The notes beneath the pieces were generated by a model, which saw only the letters and a program-made list of their open reading frames with translations, was not told where the DNA came from and made no database searches. The position numbers and the translations under genes were made by a program. 36,517 bases of DNA from Octopus sinensis (taxonomy: Eukaryota), in assembly GCF_006345805.1 (NCBI RefSeq), contig NW_021828066.1, forward strand, positions 1-36,517, in the 5' to 3' direction. The first letter of the stretch is position 1. Each line of letters begins with the position of its first letter. This document shows, piece by piece, positions 1 through 11,061 of this stretch.

Positions 1-40
1 CTACTACCACCACCACCACCACCTCCATCACTATCAGCAC

Positions 41-235
41 TAGCACGCTGGGCTAAATGCTTAACACCATTTTGTCCGTCATTTTGTCCATAATTTCTGA
101 GTTCAAATTCCGTCAAGGTCGACTTTGCTTTTCATCCTTTCGGGGTGGGGGTATCGATCAATTAAGTACCAGTGAAACACTGGGTCGATGTAATCGACTA
201 GTCCCCTTCCCTTAAATTTCAGGCTTTGTGCCTGA
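41..235 (+). mobile_element. SINE-A (tRNA-derived SINE), degenerate copy
   Basis: Contains TTCTGAGTTCAAATTCC (B-box-like) followed by GGTCGACTTTGCTTTTCATCCTTTCGGGG...TAAGTACCAG, the core shared by more than ten copies in the window; ends in a (TTA)n tail. Boundaries approximate. Confidence 0.8.
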
Positions 236-254
236 AGGGGTTATTATTATTATT

Positions 255-795
255 GAGTGAGCGAGCAGAGCATGCCATCAAAGTGACACTGGGGTAAAAT
301 ATACGAAGCCCAGTATACCCATCATGACTACCCGTCTGATAGGGTACACCAGGCACATGCATCACAACCATATGTGCGCGACATGGTGATCTCATATCAA
401 GATAAACAGCACATGACCTTGCAGGTGGAGCCCAGTTAGAATTTTCTTCAGATCGAGTAACCCATCCCGCTCAAAAGGTCCCTGAATAAGGGTTGTTTAA
501 GGACGTTGAACGAAACACCCATGTTTCCAGAGGTGAATTATTCAAACCCCAAAGAATCCTTCTCAACACATGGCTATGATGCTCCCCCACTACTTCTGCT
601 CATGATCAGAGATGCACATATCGTCAGCCACTAAGGGACATGCTCAACTGGTTAAGGTCAAACAACTGACAAGCAAATCTGTGGTATTTGCTGTAGCCCA
701 TCTTTTATACCAAGACAAAACAATGTACATGATAACACTTCCAATCAGTTAAGATCAGAAGCCATGAGAGCCACTGCCTGGTACTGCATCAGGGC

Positions 796-797
<2 letters not shown>
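255..797 (-). mobile_element. ~550-bp non-coding interspersed element embedded in (TAA)n, copy 1
   Basis: Aligns end-to-end with 8849-9404; (ATT)n directly on both sides; no TIRs, no ORF. Strand assigned only by analogy with the (AAT)n polarity around the R4/Dong copies. Confidence 0.75.
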
Positions 798-829
<32 letters not shown>

Positions 830-1430
830 ATTATCATTATTATTATCATTATTATTATTGTTGTTGTTGTTGTTTTTAATCGGCGAGCTGCCAGTATCGT
901 TTCTGTGCCGGACAGAATGCTTAGTGACATTTCCTCTCGCTCTTTACGAGTCCGACTTCCTCCTTCATTCTCTTGGAGGTCAATAAAATTGAGTACCACA
1001 CTGGAGCCCCAGGGTCGATGCAGTCGACTTACTCCTGTCCCTAAAATCTTGTGTCAAAATTTGAAACAGTTTTTATCATTAAGGTGGACATACTGGGAAA
1101 ATATTCATATCCTCAGCTCCGATAAATTTATAAACAGATCAAGATTTTCAATCTGAATGGAACTAGGTTTCTTTTAATGTCTATTTTTCTATAATCGAAG
1201 AGAGGACAAGTTTGCAAACAACAGGTGAGTTTCTTTTTCTATATAATTCCCTCACTGCGAGGAATTATCCGATCTAATATTTGTTTCAGTTGGGAAAAGT
1301 ATTTTTCCTTTAAAATTTCAAAATGACTTCCAGCTTTCAATAATTCAACAAAAATAATAGACGAGAGAGAAAATACTACAGCGAAAGAAAGGAACAGAAG
1401 AAAATAAAAAAATAATGTTAATGATAAGGA

Positions 1431-1456
1431 GAGATGGAGATAGATAGATAGATAGT

Positions 1457-1529
<73 letters not shown>
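1431..1529. repeat. (GATA)n-(GA)n microsatellite
   Basis: Directly visible tandem repeats. Confidence 0.95.
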
Positions 1530-1533
<4 letters not shown>

Positions 1534-1547
1534 AGTAGCGTTATAGT

Positions 1548-2272
1548 ATGTGTACTACCTGCTACAAAAAGTTATGTCGTCTGCTTTATAAGCAGACGAC
1601 AAGAAACAGACGACAAGCAGCAGCAGCAATACCAACAAAAATAGCCTCCATGAAAACCACCACCACCACCACCCCACCACTATCATCAACAACAACAACA
1701 CCAAATGTGAACTCCAAGGACGACGGCAAACTGAAAATATCAGTAAAAACAATACTAAAAATGATTAGATTAGTAATGAAGAAGAATAACACAGACAATA
1801 ATAATAAGGTCACCACCACCACCACCACCACCACCAGCAACAACAATAATAACAACAATAACACCAGCAATGAAAATAACAAGAACGAGGATTTCCCAAG
1901 TTTGGTATTTAAGAGGGTACAAGAGTATAAGAGTACATCATCATCATCATCATCATCATCATTATCAACAACAACAACAACGCCTTCGCAACCATTACAA
2001 TAGCAACCTCCAGCAGCAGTAGCAGTAGCAGCAGCAGCACCACCGCCACCAGCAAAATTACCGCTTCACTTGGTCTTCTGGAAGCACCAGCATCATCACC
2101 ACCGACAATCAGTGATCCATCCTTTGAAACACAAACGCATCCGCAACTTCCGTATCCTACTTTCTCATCCTACAACCGCTCCGATCTTTCCAGCATCAAC
2201 CTTCCTCGCCTTAAAGAAAAAAAAAATGGAAAAAAAAAGAGAAAAAAGATAGGAACCTTGGCAACCTCCTAG
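1548..2272 (+). other. Candidate low-complexity coding exon or pseudo-exon with one frameshift
   Basis: ORF 1548-2003 (151 aa) overlaps a second open frame 1931-2272; one missing base near 1981 joins them into ~241 aa of T/S/N-rich sequence with non-repetitive linkers. No recognisable domain. Confidence 0.3.
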
Positions 2273-2355
2273 TTAGAAGATCCATAGTGATTAGTCATGC
2301 TTAACCAAACTCTCTTAAACACTCTCGCTGCCGATGCAACACCTACCTCTAAATT

Positions 2356-2790
2356 GCTTTCAAATTTTGGTACAAGGCCAGCAATTTCGAGGAAAGGGTA
2401 AGTCAATTACAGCGATCAGAGTGTCCAGCTGATACTTATTTTATCGATTCCAAAAAGATCAAAGACAAAGTCAACGTCGGCGGAATTTGAACTGAGGACT
2501 TAAGGAGTCGGAAAAAATGTTGCTAAGCATTTTGCACGGCGTGCTTAACGATTCTGCCACCTCGTTACCTTAATATCGATTGTTTCAAATTTTAGCACCA
2601 GGCCAGCAATTTCGGGGGAAGTGAAAGTAGCTGTTATATCGACCCCCACTACTCACTCGTACGTATTTTATCGATCCCGAAAGGATGAAAGACAAAGTCG
2701 AAATCGATGGAATTTGAATTGAGAACGTAAAGACGGACGAAATGTCGCCAAGGATTTTGTCCGGCCTGCTAACGATTCGAACTCTCCACC
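2356..2790 (-). mobile_element. Two adjacent degenerate SINE-A copies
   Basis: Reverse-complement core (TTATTTTATCGA...GGATGAAAGACAAAGTCGA...GGAATTTGAA) seen twice, about 225 bp apart. Confidence 0.75.
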
Positions 2791-2877
2791 TTCAGCTTCA
2801 CCTTACAATCATCGTTGGATTTAAGTTATAGCATCCTAAAATTCTAAAATTTCTGTTGCATATCTTTCAGCCTCAGG

Positions 2878-3515
2878 TGTTACTTCATATGTAAACTTTG
2901 TGATGCTCTTCATATTGGCGAAAATAGGCGGACGCCTTGCTGATCACTGCCGGAAGCACATTCGAAAAGTATTGTATTATCTATGCTGGGCAACCTGTCA
3001 CCACCTGCTTCAACACAACGAACCATTCCTTTACTGGTTCATTAGTGTGTGGCATCTCCACACACCATAAACTAGCATACTCTAGGAAACAGAAGGAAGA
3101 ACATTTAATAATCAAACTCGGAACTATGTCACAAACGGCTATAAAAACGAACGTTCTATTTTCCCCTTTACTTCTACATTTCTTAGTTTACTAATCCCAT
3201 TTTTACGGTTCAATTCCTCTCTCACTTAAATTTTTCCCTCCACCTCACCTTTATCCGCTACTCTTCGTCTTTCCACCCCCCTCTCTCAACAAGTTTATCT
3301 CTCCTGTTACTTTCCGTTTGTATATGAAGCTCACGTTATCTTGCGTTTCACATCAGCTGCCATCGGTTTCATAGAGGTATTAATATTAATGGTTTCAAAT
3401 TTTGGTAGCAGCCAACAATTCCGGGGAAGTATTGTATCGTTCCTGATATTTTTTCATTAATTTCTCTTCTATCATCATTACCTTTAAGATGGACACTTTT
3501 CGAAACGTTGGAGCT
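2878..3515 (+). mobile_element. Penelope-like element remnant: GIY-YIG endonuclease C-terminus plus pseudo-LTR
   Basis: Across frameshifts reads CYFICKLCDALHIGE..RRLADHCRKHIR...GQPVTTCFNTTNHS...VCGI...RKQKEEHLIIKLGTM, matching the PLE GIY-YIG pattern (Y-x-I-x-C-x2-C...YIGETGR...H...PV-x2-HFN-x3-H...LI-x2-LGT). Followed by a pyrimidine-rich tract and a CGAAACGTT hammerhead-like relic at 3481-3513; a SINE-A fragment interrupts at ~3393-3445. Confidence 0.7.
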
Positions 3516-3630
3516 CCACTCACCTACAATAATTTTAAACTACTTTCTCTGTCGCTTTTTTTCGGTTTAAAATATATATTTCCTATAAGTGGCAAGCCGT
3601 CTAAAGAACAAGCATGTAAATTAAGCTACC

Positions 3631-4067
3631 GGATCTTTTCGGTTTGAACGGCAGTTTTTAACATAATTTCTAGGTAACTAAAAAATTTTAAACTTCATAT
3701 ACTGGTAGAATGTGTTTATAAAACATCTTTTTCTCTTGGTTTTATTGAAAAAATTCTATAGTTTGTAAGATATTTGTTGTTGTTTTTCTTCAATTTCTGC
3801 AATTTCAACCAATCAAATACGTCCATTGAGGTAAAAAAACATTCTGTGCCGTATGAATATGTCCCTCATTTAAGAAACAGAATGGGTTTATTTACATTTG
3901 TGAAGAAAAAAAGATATCCTTCCCCCACCCCTAACCCTAACCCTAACCCTAACTAACCCCAACCCTAAAACATAGAAATGCAATTGATCGATACTAGGGT
4001 CATAATTATGGGTGACAATTTCATATGACACCGCTAGAAAAAACTGCTGTTCAAACCGAAAAGATCC
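3631..4067 (+). mobile_element. GGATC-ended MITE (Merlin/IS1016-like), copy 1
   Basis: 29-bp TIR GGATCTTTTCGGTTTGAACGGCAGTTTTT; perfect 8-bp TSD AAGCTACC (3623-3630, 4068-4075); internal (CCCTAA)n. Confidence 0.92.
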
Positions 4068-4194
4068 AAGCTACCTCCTAATTTATAACTATTTCTATAT
4101 TGCAAATAACCTGTGCTTATTGATCGAGGAAGTCTTCTCTGAGGAGCGACCTGCAAACTGGTCCATCAAGAGACTCATTCTTTCAGATGTTTGA

Positions 4195-5582
4195 TACACA
4201 TGTGTGTATATTCATTGTATATATGTGCGTGTGTGTGTATGTGTGTGTGTGTGTGTATGTATGTGTATGAGAGTGAGTGTGTGCGTGTGCGTGTGTTTAC
4301 ACTTAGAAGCATGTATATATGTATCTATATTTATACATGTATGTTATGTATATACACATATGTATGTGTCTGTATATACACAGTTACATGCGCACATACA
4401 TGTGTGCATGTACGTACATATATGTGCATGCCATACATGTGCGTGTGTGCTTGAATGAATGTGTGTACGTATGCCTGGTGTATATATATGTATGCAAGAG
4501 GCGTGCGAGCGCGAATGTGTCTGTGTGTGAAGTAGGACGTAGTTAATGAAATGGAAAGCAAGCATTGGAAAAAGCTGCGAAGTAATCACCAGTTTTGTCA
4601 CGATATTCTCAGCACAGAGCTATGACTGCACTGATCCCTAATGGAGCTAGCTTCTCATTGTAACAACTCATTAGAAGTCAAGCCACTCATCTCCACTACA
4701 GCCATCTCTCGCTCCTCCTCTTCCTCCCTTTATCTCTTTCTCTCTCTCTGTCTGCTTGTCTGTCCGTTTGTACAAATGTCTCTTTTATTCTCCCCCCCTT
4801 CTCTCTCTTACAGAATCTGTGTGTTCATATAAGGTTGTATGCGAATGAGAGTTTCTATATGTGTGCGTGTGTGTGTGTGTGTGTAGCTGTGCTTGTGAGT
4901 GTGTCAGTATGCAAGTATATGTATGTGCTTGTATGTCTGCGGGTGTACGTGCGGACAAGTGACCATGTATGCATGCGTTTATGTATGTGCGTATGGACGC
5001 GTGTATCTGTCTGACAGTGCGCGTCTCTTAATGTGTGCATATATAGCTATGCTTGTGTGTGTGTGTGTGTGTATGTCTATGTGTATGTGTGTATGTCTAT
5101 GAGTGTGTGTGTGTGCACTTATGACTATATGTAAGTGCGAATTTGTGGTGTGAGCGTGTGATAGTGTATGTATATCTCTTCATGAGTATATTTGTGTGTG
5201 TGTGTGTGCTGTGTGTGTGTGTGTGTGTGTGTGCGTGAGTTTCTGTGTGTGCGCGCGCGTGCGAGACTGACAGTGTTTGTCTGTCTCTATGAGTTTTCTG
5301 TGTTCGTGTGTGTGTGTGTGTGTGTGTGTGTACGTATAGCAAATAGTGTATGTGTCATTGTTAACGTGTGTGTGTGTGTTTGTACACGCGTGTGCCTGTC
5401 CCGTGTCTTTCTTCCTGGGCGTCAGTGAGTATTTGAGTGTGTGTGTGTGTGTATTTGTATTATTTTTATTGTGCATCTATGTGTAACTTTGTCACTCTAA
5501 ATTTGTGTGGTCGTCACTAAATGTGTGTATGTGTGTGTGAGTGTGCCCTATGTGTATGAGCGTGTCTATGTGAGAGTGTATC

Positions 5583-5630
<48 letters not shown>

Positions 5631-6930
5631 TCTTTGTCAAATAGACGTGATGTGTTTGTGTATTAGCTGTTACAGTCTCTCTGTGTCTCTTCCTCTGTCT
5701 ATGTGTGTGTGTCTGTATGTGTGTGTGTGTGTGTATGTATGTGTGTGTATGTGTGTGTATGTGTGTGTATGTGTGTGTATGTATATGTGTGTGTATGTGT
5801 GTGTGTATGTGTGTGTATGTATGTGTGTGTGTATGTCTGTGTATGTGTGTGTGTGTGTGTGCATGTGTGTGTATGTGTATGTGTGTGTATGCGTATGTGT
5901 GTATGTGTGTGTGTATGTGCGTGTGTGCATGTGTGTGTGTATATGTCTGTGTATGTGTGTGTGTATGTGTGTGCATGTGTGTGTGTATGTGTGTGTGTAT
6001 ATGTGTGTGTATGTGTGTGTGTATGTGTGTGTATGTGTGTGTATGTGTATGTGTGCGTGTGTGCATGTGTGTGTGTATATGTGTGTGTATGTGTGTGTAT
6101 GTGTGTGTATGTGTGTGTGTATGTGTGTGTATGTGTGTGTATGTGTATGTATGTGTGTGTATGTGTGTGTATTGTGTGTATGTGTGTGTATGTGTGTGTA
6201 TGTATATGTGTGTGTATGTGTGTGTGTATGTGTATGTATGTGTGTGTGTATGTCTGTGTATGTGTGTGTGTGTGTTGTATGCATGTGTGCGTGTGTGCAT
6301 GTGTGTGTGTATATGTGTGTGTATGTATGTGTGTGTGTATGTGCGTGTGTGCATGTGTGTGTGTATATGTCTGTGTATGTGTGTGTGTATGTGTGTGCAT
6401 GTGTGTGTGTGTGTGTGTGTATGTGTGTGTGTTATGTGTGTGTATGTGGTGTTGTGTGTGTATGTGTATGTGTGCGTGTGTGCATGTGTGTGTGTATATG
6501 TGTGTGTATGTGTGTGTATGTGTGTGTATGTGTGTGTGTATGTGTGTGTATGTGTGTGTATGTGTATGTATGTGTGTGTATGTGTGTGTATGTATGTATG
6601 TGTGTATGTGTGTGTGTGTGTTTGTCACTCATTCTGTCTGTCTGTCTGTCTGCTTGACTACCTGCTTCTCTGATTACTTGTCATCCTTACATCTTGTCTC
6701 TCTACATTAAAATGTGTATGCATGTGTGTTTATGCCTGTATGTGTATATATGTGTGTGCGCGTGCGCGAGCGTCTGTGAGTGTTGTATGTATGTACGAAT
6801 GAATGTGTGTGTGTGTGTGTGTGTGTTGTATGCATGTGTGCGTGTGTGAATCTGCATATGCTTCTCTTAATGTGTGTGAGTGAGTGCATATCCATATGTA
6901 CGCTCTTCTCTCTCTCTCTCTCTCTCTGTA
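4195..6930. repeat. Compound (TG)n/(TATG)n microsatellite field; purest part 5566-6625
   Basis: Directly visible; source of the HT/VC/CM dipeptide ORFs. Confidence 0.95.
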
Positions 6931-6980
6931 TATATTTCTCTTAAAATCTGTTCTTACACGTATACACAACGTACATATAC

Positions 6981-7671
6981 TTTTCTACTCTTGGCACAAG
7001 GCCCGAAATGTTTGGAGAGGGAGCCAGACAATTAGATCGATCCCAGTACGCAACTGGTATTTAATTTATCGACTCCGGAAGGATGAAAGGCAAAGTCGAC
7101 TGCGGCGGAATTTGAACTCAGAACGTAGCGGCAGACGAAATACCTATTTCTTTATTGTCCACAAGGGGCTAAACATAGAGGGGACAAACGGATTAAGTCG
7201 ATTACATAGACCCCAGTGCGTAACTGGTACTTAATTTGTCGACACTGGAAGGATGAAAGGCAAAGTCGACCTCGTCGGAATTTGAACTCAGAACGTAGCG
7301 GCAGACGAAATACCTATTTCTTTATTGCCCACAAGGGGCTAAACATAGACGGGACAAACGGATTAAGTCGATTACATAGACCCCAGTGCGTAACTGGTAC
7401 TTAATTTATCGACACTGGAAGGATGAAAAGCAAAGTCGACCTCGGCGGAATTTGAACTCAGAACGTAACGGCAGACGAAATACCTATTTCTTTATTGCCC
7501 ACAAGGGGCTAAACATAGAGGGGACAAACGGATTAAGTCGATTACATAGACTCCAGTGCGTAACTGGTACTTAATTTATCGACACTGGAAGGATGAAAGG
7601 TAAAGTCGACCTCGGCGGAATTTGAACTCAGAACATAAAGACAGACGAAATACCGCTAAGCTTGCCGCCTT
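6981..7671 (-). mobile_element. SINE-A head-to-tail tetramer, 170-bp period, A-box deleted
   Basis: GGATGAAA anchors at 7081, 7251, 7421, 7591; on the minus strand the 5' end reads AAGGCGGCAAGCT|TAGCGG, about 32 nt shorter than the head at 14593; possible degenerate TSD AACGTACATATAC (6968-6980) / AACGAATATAC (7673-7683). Confidence 0.88.
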
Positions 7672-7682
7672 AAACGAATATA

Positions 7683-7774
7683 CACCCATAGAGGGACTCC
7701 AACCCGCGACCCTCAGATAACCTCTAAGGTCAACCTATGAAAGTCTGATGCTCCACCGACTGAGCTATACGAGC
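7683..7774 (-). tRNA. Intron-containing tRNA-Lys(UUU)-like gene or pseudogene; anticodon reads TTC
   Basis: GCTCGTA TA GCTC AGTCGGTG GAGC A TCAGA CT TTC A [19-nt intron, 7737-7719] A TCTGA GGGTC GCGGG TTGGAGT CCCTC TATGGGT G. Full cloverleaf with intron between positions 37 and 38; body matches eukaryotic tRNA-Lys(UUU). Defects: T-loop C56G, one T-stem mismatch, three G-U pairs in the acceptor stem. Confidence 0.8.
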
Positions 7775-7974
7775 GGATACACAGCGTACATATAGGCATT
7801 GTTATTTCTATGAGTATATATATATGTTCGTGTGTATGTATGTATGTGTATGTGTGTAGCTGTGTAATTGTATGTGTATGTGTTGGTGGATATTTATACA
7901 TAAGTGTATGTGAGTATACAGTTACGTTTTTCTCGTCTTAATGCTGCCTTTGCTTGCTTTCAGATTGTAAGGTG

Positions 7975-8384
7975 GAATATTTTCGGTTTGAACGGCAGTT
8001 TTTTTCTAGCGGTGTCATGAAATTGTCACCCATAATTATGACCCTAGTATCGATCTACTGCATTTCAATCTGTTTTAGGGTTAGGGGTGGGGGAAGGGTA
8101 TCTTTTTCTTCACAAATGTAAATAAACCCAATCTGTTTCTTAAACGAGGGACATATTCATACGGTACAGAATGTTTTTTTTTACCTCAATAGACGTTTTT
8201 GATTGGTTGAAATTGCAGAAATTGAAGAAAAAACAACAACAAATATCTTACAAACTATAGAATTTTCTTAATAAAGCCAAGAGATAAAGATGTTTTATAA
8301 ACACATTCTACCAGTATACGAAGTTTAAATTTTTTAGTTACCTAGAAATTATGTTAAAATTTTTCGTTCAAACCGAAAAGATCC
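7975..8384 (-). mobile_element. GGATC-ended MITE, copy 2
   Basis: TIRs at both ends; TSD GTAAGGTG/GTTAGGTG (7/8); TTAGGGTTAGGG on the top strand. Confidence 0.9.
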
Positions 8385-8480
8385 GTTAGGTGTGATCTGA
8401 GGGATATTTTCTACCATTAGAGCAAACTACAGTTGGTGCAAATACTACCTCTTAACTTCAGGTTATCCCTTATCGACCAT

Positions 8481-8662
8481 ACAGTTCTATATGTAAGAGA
8501 TGGGGAATCATGTACATTATTTACATTATTTACATTTGAAGGATATTTGTCCTCATCTTGTTTGTTGTTAACACAACGTTTTGGCTGATATACACCTCAG
8601 CCTCCATCAGTTGACTTGCGGAAATATCGAACCTGGGTTTTCATCCCTAAGGTATTTTTCGA
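8481..8662 (-). mobile_element. Penelope-type pseudo-LTR unit (family H1) with decayed hammerhead
   Basis: Reverse complement of 26764-26925; hammerhead core mutated (CTGATGG...AAAA) at 8570-8615. Confidence 0.75.
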
Positions 8663-8771
8663 TCTTCTTCTTCTTCTTCTTCTTCTTCTTCTTCTTCTTC
8701 TTCTTCTTCTTCTTCTTCTTCTTCTTCTTCTTCTTCTTCTTCTTCTTCTTTGTGTTATTATTATTATTATA

Positions 8772-8844
<73 letters not shown>

Positions 8845-8848
8845 TATT
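8663..8848. repeat. (TTC)n followed by (TTA)n microsatellite
   Basis: Directly visible. Confidence 0.95.
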
Positions 8849-9404
8849 GGGTGAGAGAGAAGAGCATGCCATCAAAGTGACACTGAGGTAAAATATACGA
8901 AGCCCAGTATACCCATCATGACTACCCGTCTGATAAGGATGCACCAGGCACATGTATCCCAACCATACGTGCGTGACATGATTTCATATCAAGATAAGCA
9001 GCACATGACCTTGCCAGTGGGGCCCAGTTAGAATTTTCTTCTGGTCGAGTAGCCCATCCTGCTCAAAAGGTCCCTGATTAAGAGTTGTTTAAGGATATTG
9101 AACGAACACTCATGTTTCTAAGGGTGAATTAATTATTCAAACCCCAAAGAATCCCTCTCAACACATGGCTATGATGCTCCCCCACTACTTCTGCTCGTGA
9201 TCAGAGATGCACATATCGTCAGCCACTAAGGGACATGGTCAACTGGTTAAGGTCAAACAACTGACAAGCAAATCTGTGGTATTGAGCAGAATATTTGCTG
9301 TAGCCCATCTTTTATACCAAGACAGAACAATGTACATGATAACACTTCCAATCAGTTAAGATCAGAAGCCATGAGAGCCACTGCCTGGTACTGCATCAGG
9401 GCAT
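8849..9404 (-). mobile_element. ~550-bp non-coding element in (TAA)n, copy 2
   Basis: Same two ends as 255-797; carries a 12-bp segment (GAGCAGAATATT) missing from copy 1; (TTA)n on both sides. Confidence 0.75.
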
Positions 9405-9496
9405 GCGTTATTATTATTATTATTATTTTATTATTATTATTATTATTATTGTTATTATTATTATTATCATTATTATCATTATTATTATTTTTATTA

Positions 9497-9553
9497 TTCA
9501 GGTCACAACAAACAAGATGAGGACAAATATCCGTCAAATGTAAATAATGTACC
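9497..9553 (+). mobile_element. Fragment of the H1 pseudo-LTR 3' half joined to the short SINE-E 3' end
   Basis: TTCAGGTCAC (reverse complement of the SINE-E end GTGACCTGAA) followed by AACAAACAAGATGAGGACAAATATCCGTCAAATGTAAATAATGTAC, as in 26848-26890. Confidence 0.65.
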
Positions 9554-10029
9554 TAATGGACCAGTCCAGCCGCGACCATTTCGCATATTTTCGCTAGTTC
9601 AATCAACGAATACATTATCCCATGTCTCCTTTTTTTTCAAAGATGGTACTGATATTTAGGGTAATTTAGTTTCAATTTCTAGCATGTCAAACAACCAGGC
9701 AGCAGCTTAATGAATGCTGTCTTTATTGTGATATGACCAAAGTTCTGTTGGAAGTGGATAATCCAAAAAAGAGGAAAATAGAGTTGGTCCTGTTTCTTTG
9801 GAGTACCCTGATCTTTTTTGTGAAATGTTTCTGTAAGACTTAATACGTTGGCTCCCTCACGATTCATCAGAGGGTTGTGGTCGTATATATGCAAGACCTA
9901 CACGAGCCTCTCGTGGGTCGTTTCATTACTTCTTTTCAAATATTTTTTGGAAGCTGGCACGCTACGATTGCTTAAGTATGAGATTATTGTTCTAGAACAC
10001 TTTTTTTCCCTATATTTTATAACTTTTGA

Positions 10030-11061
10030 GAATCTATTCCATTTCAATCATAGATTAATTTTTTTTTAACTAAGCAGTTTGAAACTTCGAATACTGGTAG
10101 AATTTCTCATGTAGAACACGGCCTACTCAGAACGTTTTTGACAAAATTTCGTATTTTAGAAGTTATTTCGTGTTAAAGTTGTCGTATTTGGGTGATTTCA
10201 GCCAGTCAACGACGTGTATTCGGTTGAAGAAAGCTACTGCTGTTTGCGATAGTAATCGAAGAGGAACAGCTGCCGGGTCATCTCTAGTAAATGTCACCAC
10301 TCTGCTCTATTCATATGACAAGCGAAGATGATAACACATTTATCCTTTTTTCCTTTCTAGTCAGCATCGTGCACTCCTTACTCTTTCCCTCCCTTCTAAA
10401 CTATCAAGTAGCAGCCAGCGAGCGAACTTGACACTGCCACTACAGTGTATTTTTCGGTGTATAAGCCGCTATTTGTTTTGTTTTACCTTCATGTTCTGAT
10501 AATGCTATTTTTTATCTTATAAAGACTTTTATATTGACGAAATGAGTTTGTTGTTGATTATAGTAAGATAAAATCATGACAATAACAATGCATCTCATAG
10601 TTTTAAAATAAGGAATTTTGAAACTACTTATACGTCAACAACAAAAATGCTACCTGCGGACTCGTTGCTCTATAGGTCTTTTAAACACCGGCGCGCTTTA
10701 TGTGTGGATAAACACCGATGTCGGACAAACGAATATTATAGTATTTCTTCCTTCGTGGTGTTGATTCTTCGATGGTGTTGATTGTTCGAACAGGGTGGTG
10801 ACATTTAATAGAGATGACCCGGAAATTGTTCCTCTTCGATTACTATCGCAAACAGCAGTAGCTTTCTTCAATAGTATACACGTCGTTGATTGGTTGAAAT
10901 TACCCAAATACGACAACTTTAACATAAAATAACTTGTAAGATACGAAATTTTGTCAAAAACGTTCAGAGTAAACCGTGTTCTACCAGTATTCGAAGTTTC
11001 AAACTGTTTAGTAAAAACAAAATAAATTTTTAAAAATCTGTGATTGAGATGGAATAAATCC
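10030..11061. mobile_element. 1,032-bp non-autonomous DNA transposon with ~270-bp TIRs (same GG-ended group as the MITE)
   Basis: Arms 10030-10304 and 10791-11061 are reverse complements (roughly 85% by eye); perfect 8-bp TSD ACTTTTGA (10022-10029, 11062-11069); ends GAATCTATTCC / GGAATAAATCC. Confidence 0.88.

Noticed and set aside
745-1156. Poly-I/poly-L/poly-N 'membrane protein' ORFs here and at 8581-8962, 16123-16378, 17322-17619, 26207-26869, 34535-35099
   Set aside because: Produced by (ATT)n, (TTC)n, (CAT)n tracts plus adjacent repeat sequence.
4191-6969. Long ORFs of HT/VC/CM/YV dipeptides (up to 355 aa)
   Set aside because: Translations of (TG)n/(TATG)n, open in most frames on both strands because the repeat lacks stop codons.
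7040-7660. CRISPR-like appearance of regularly spaced repeats (also 14593-15178 and 24697-25126)
   Set aside because: Units are contiguous near-identical copies with no unique spacers, no cas genes, eukaryotic context.
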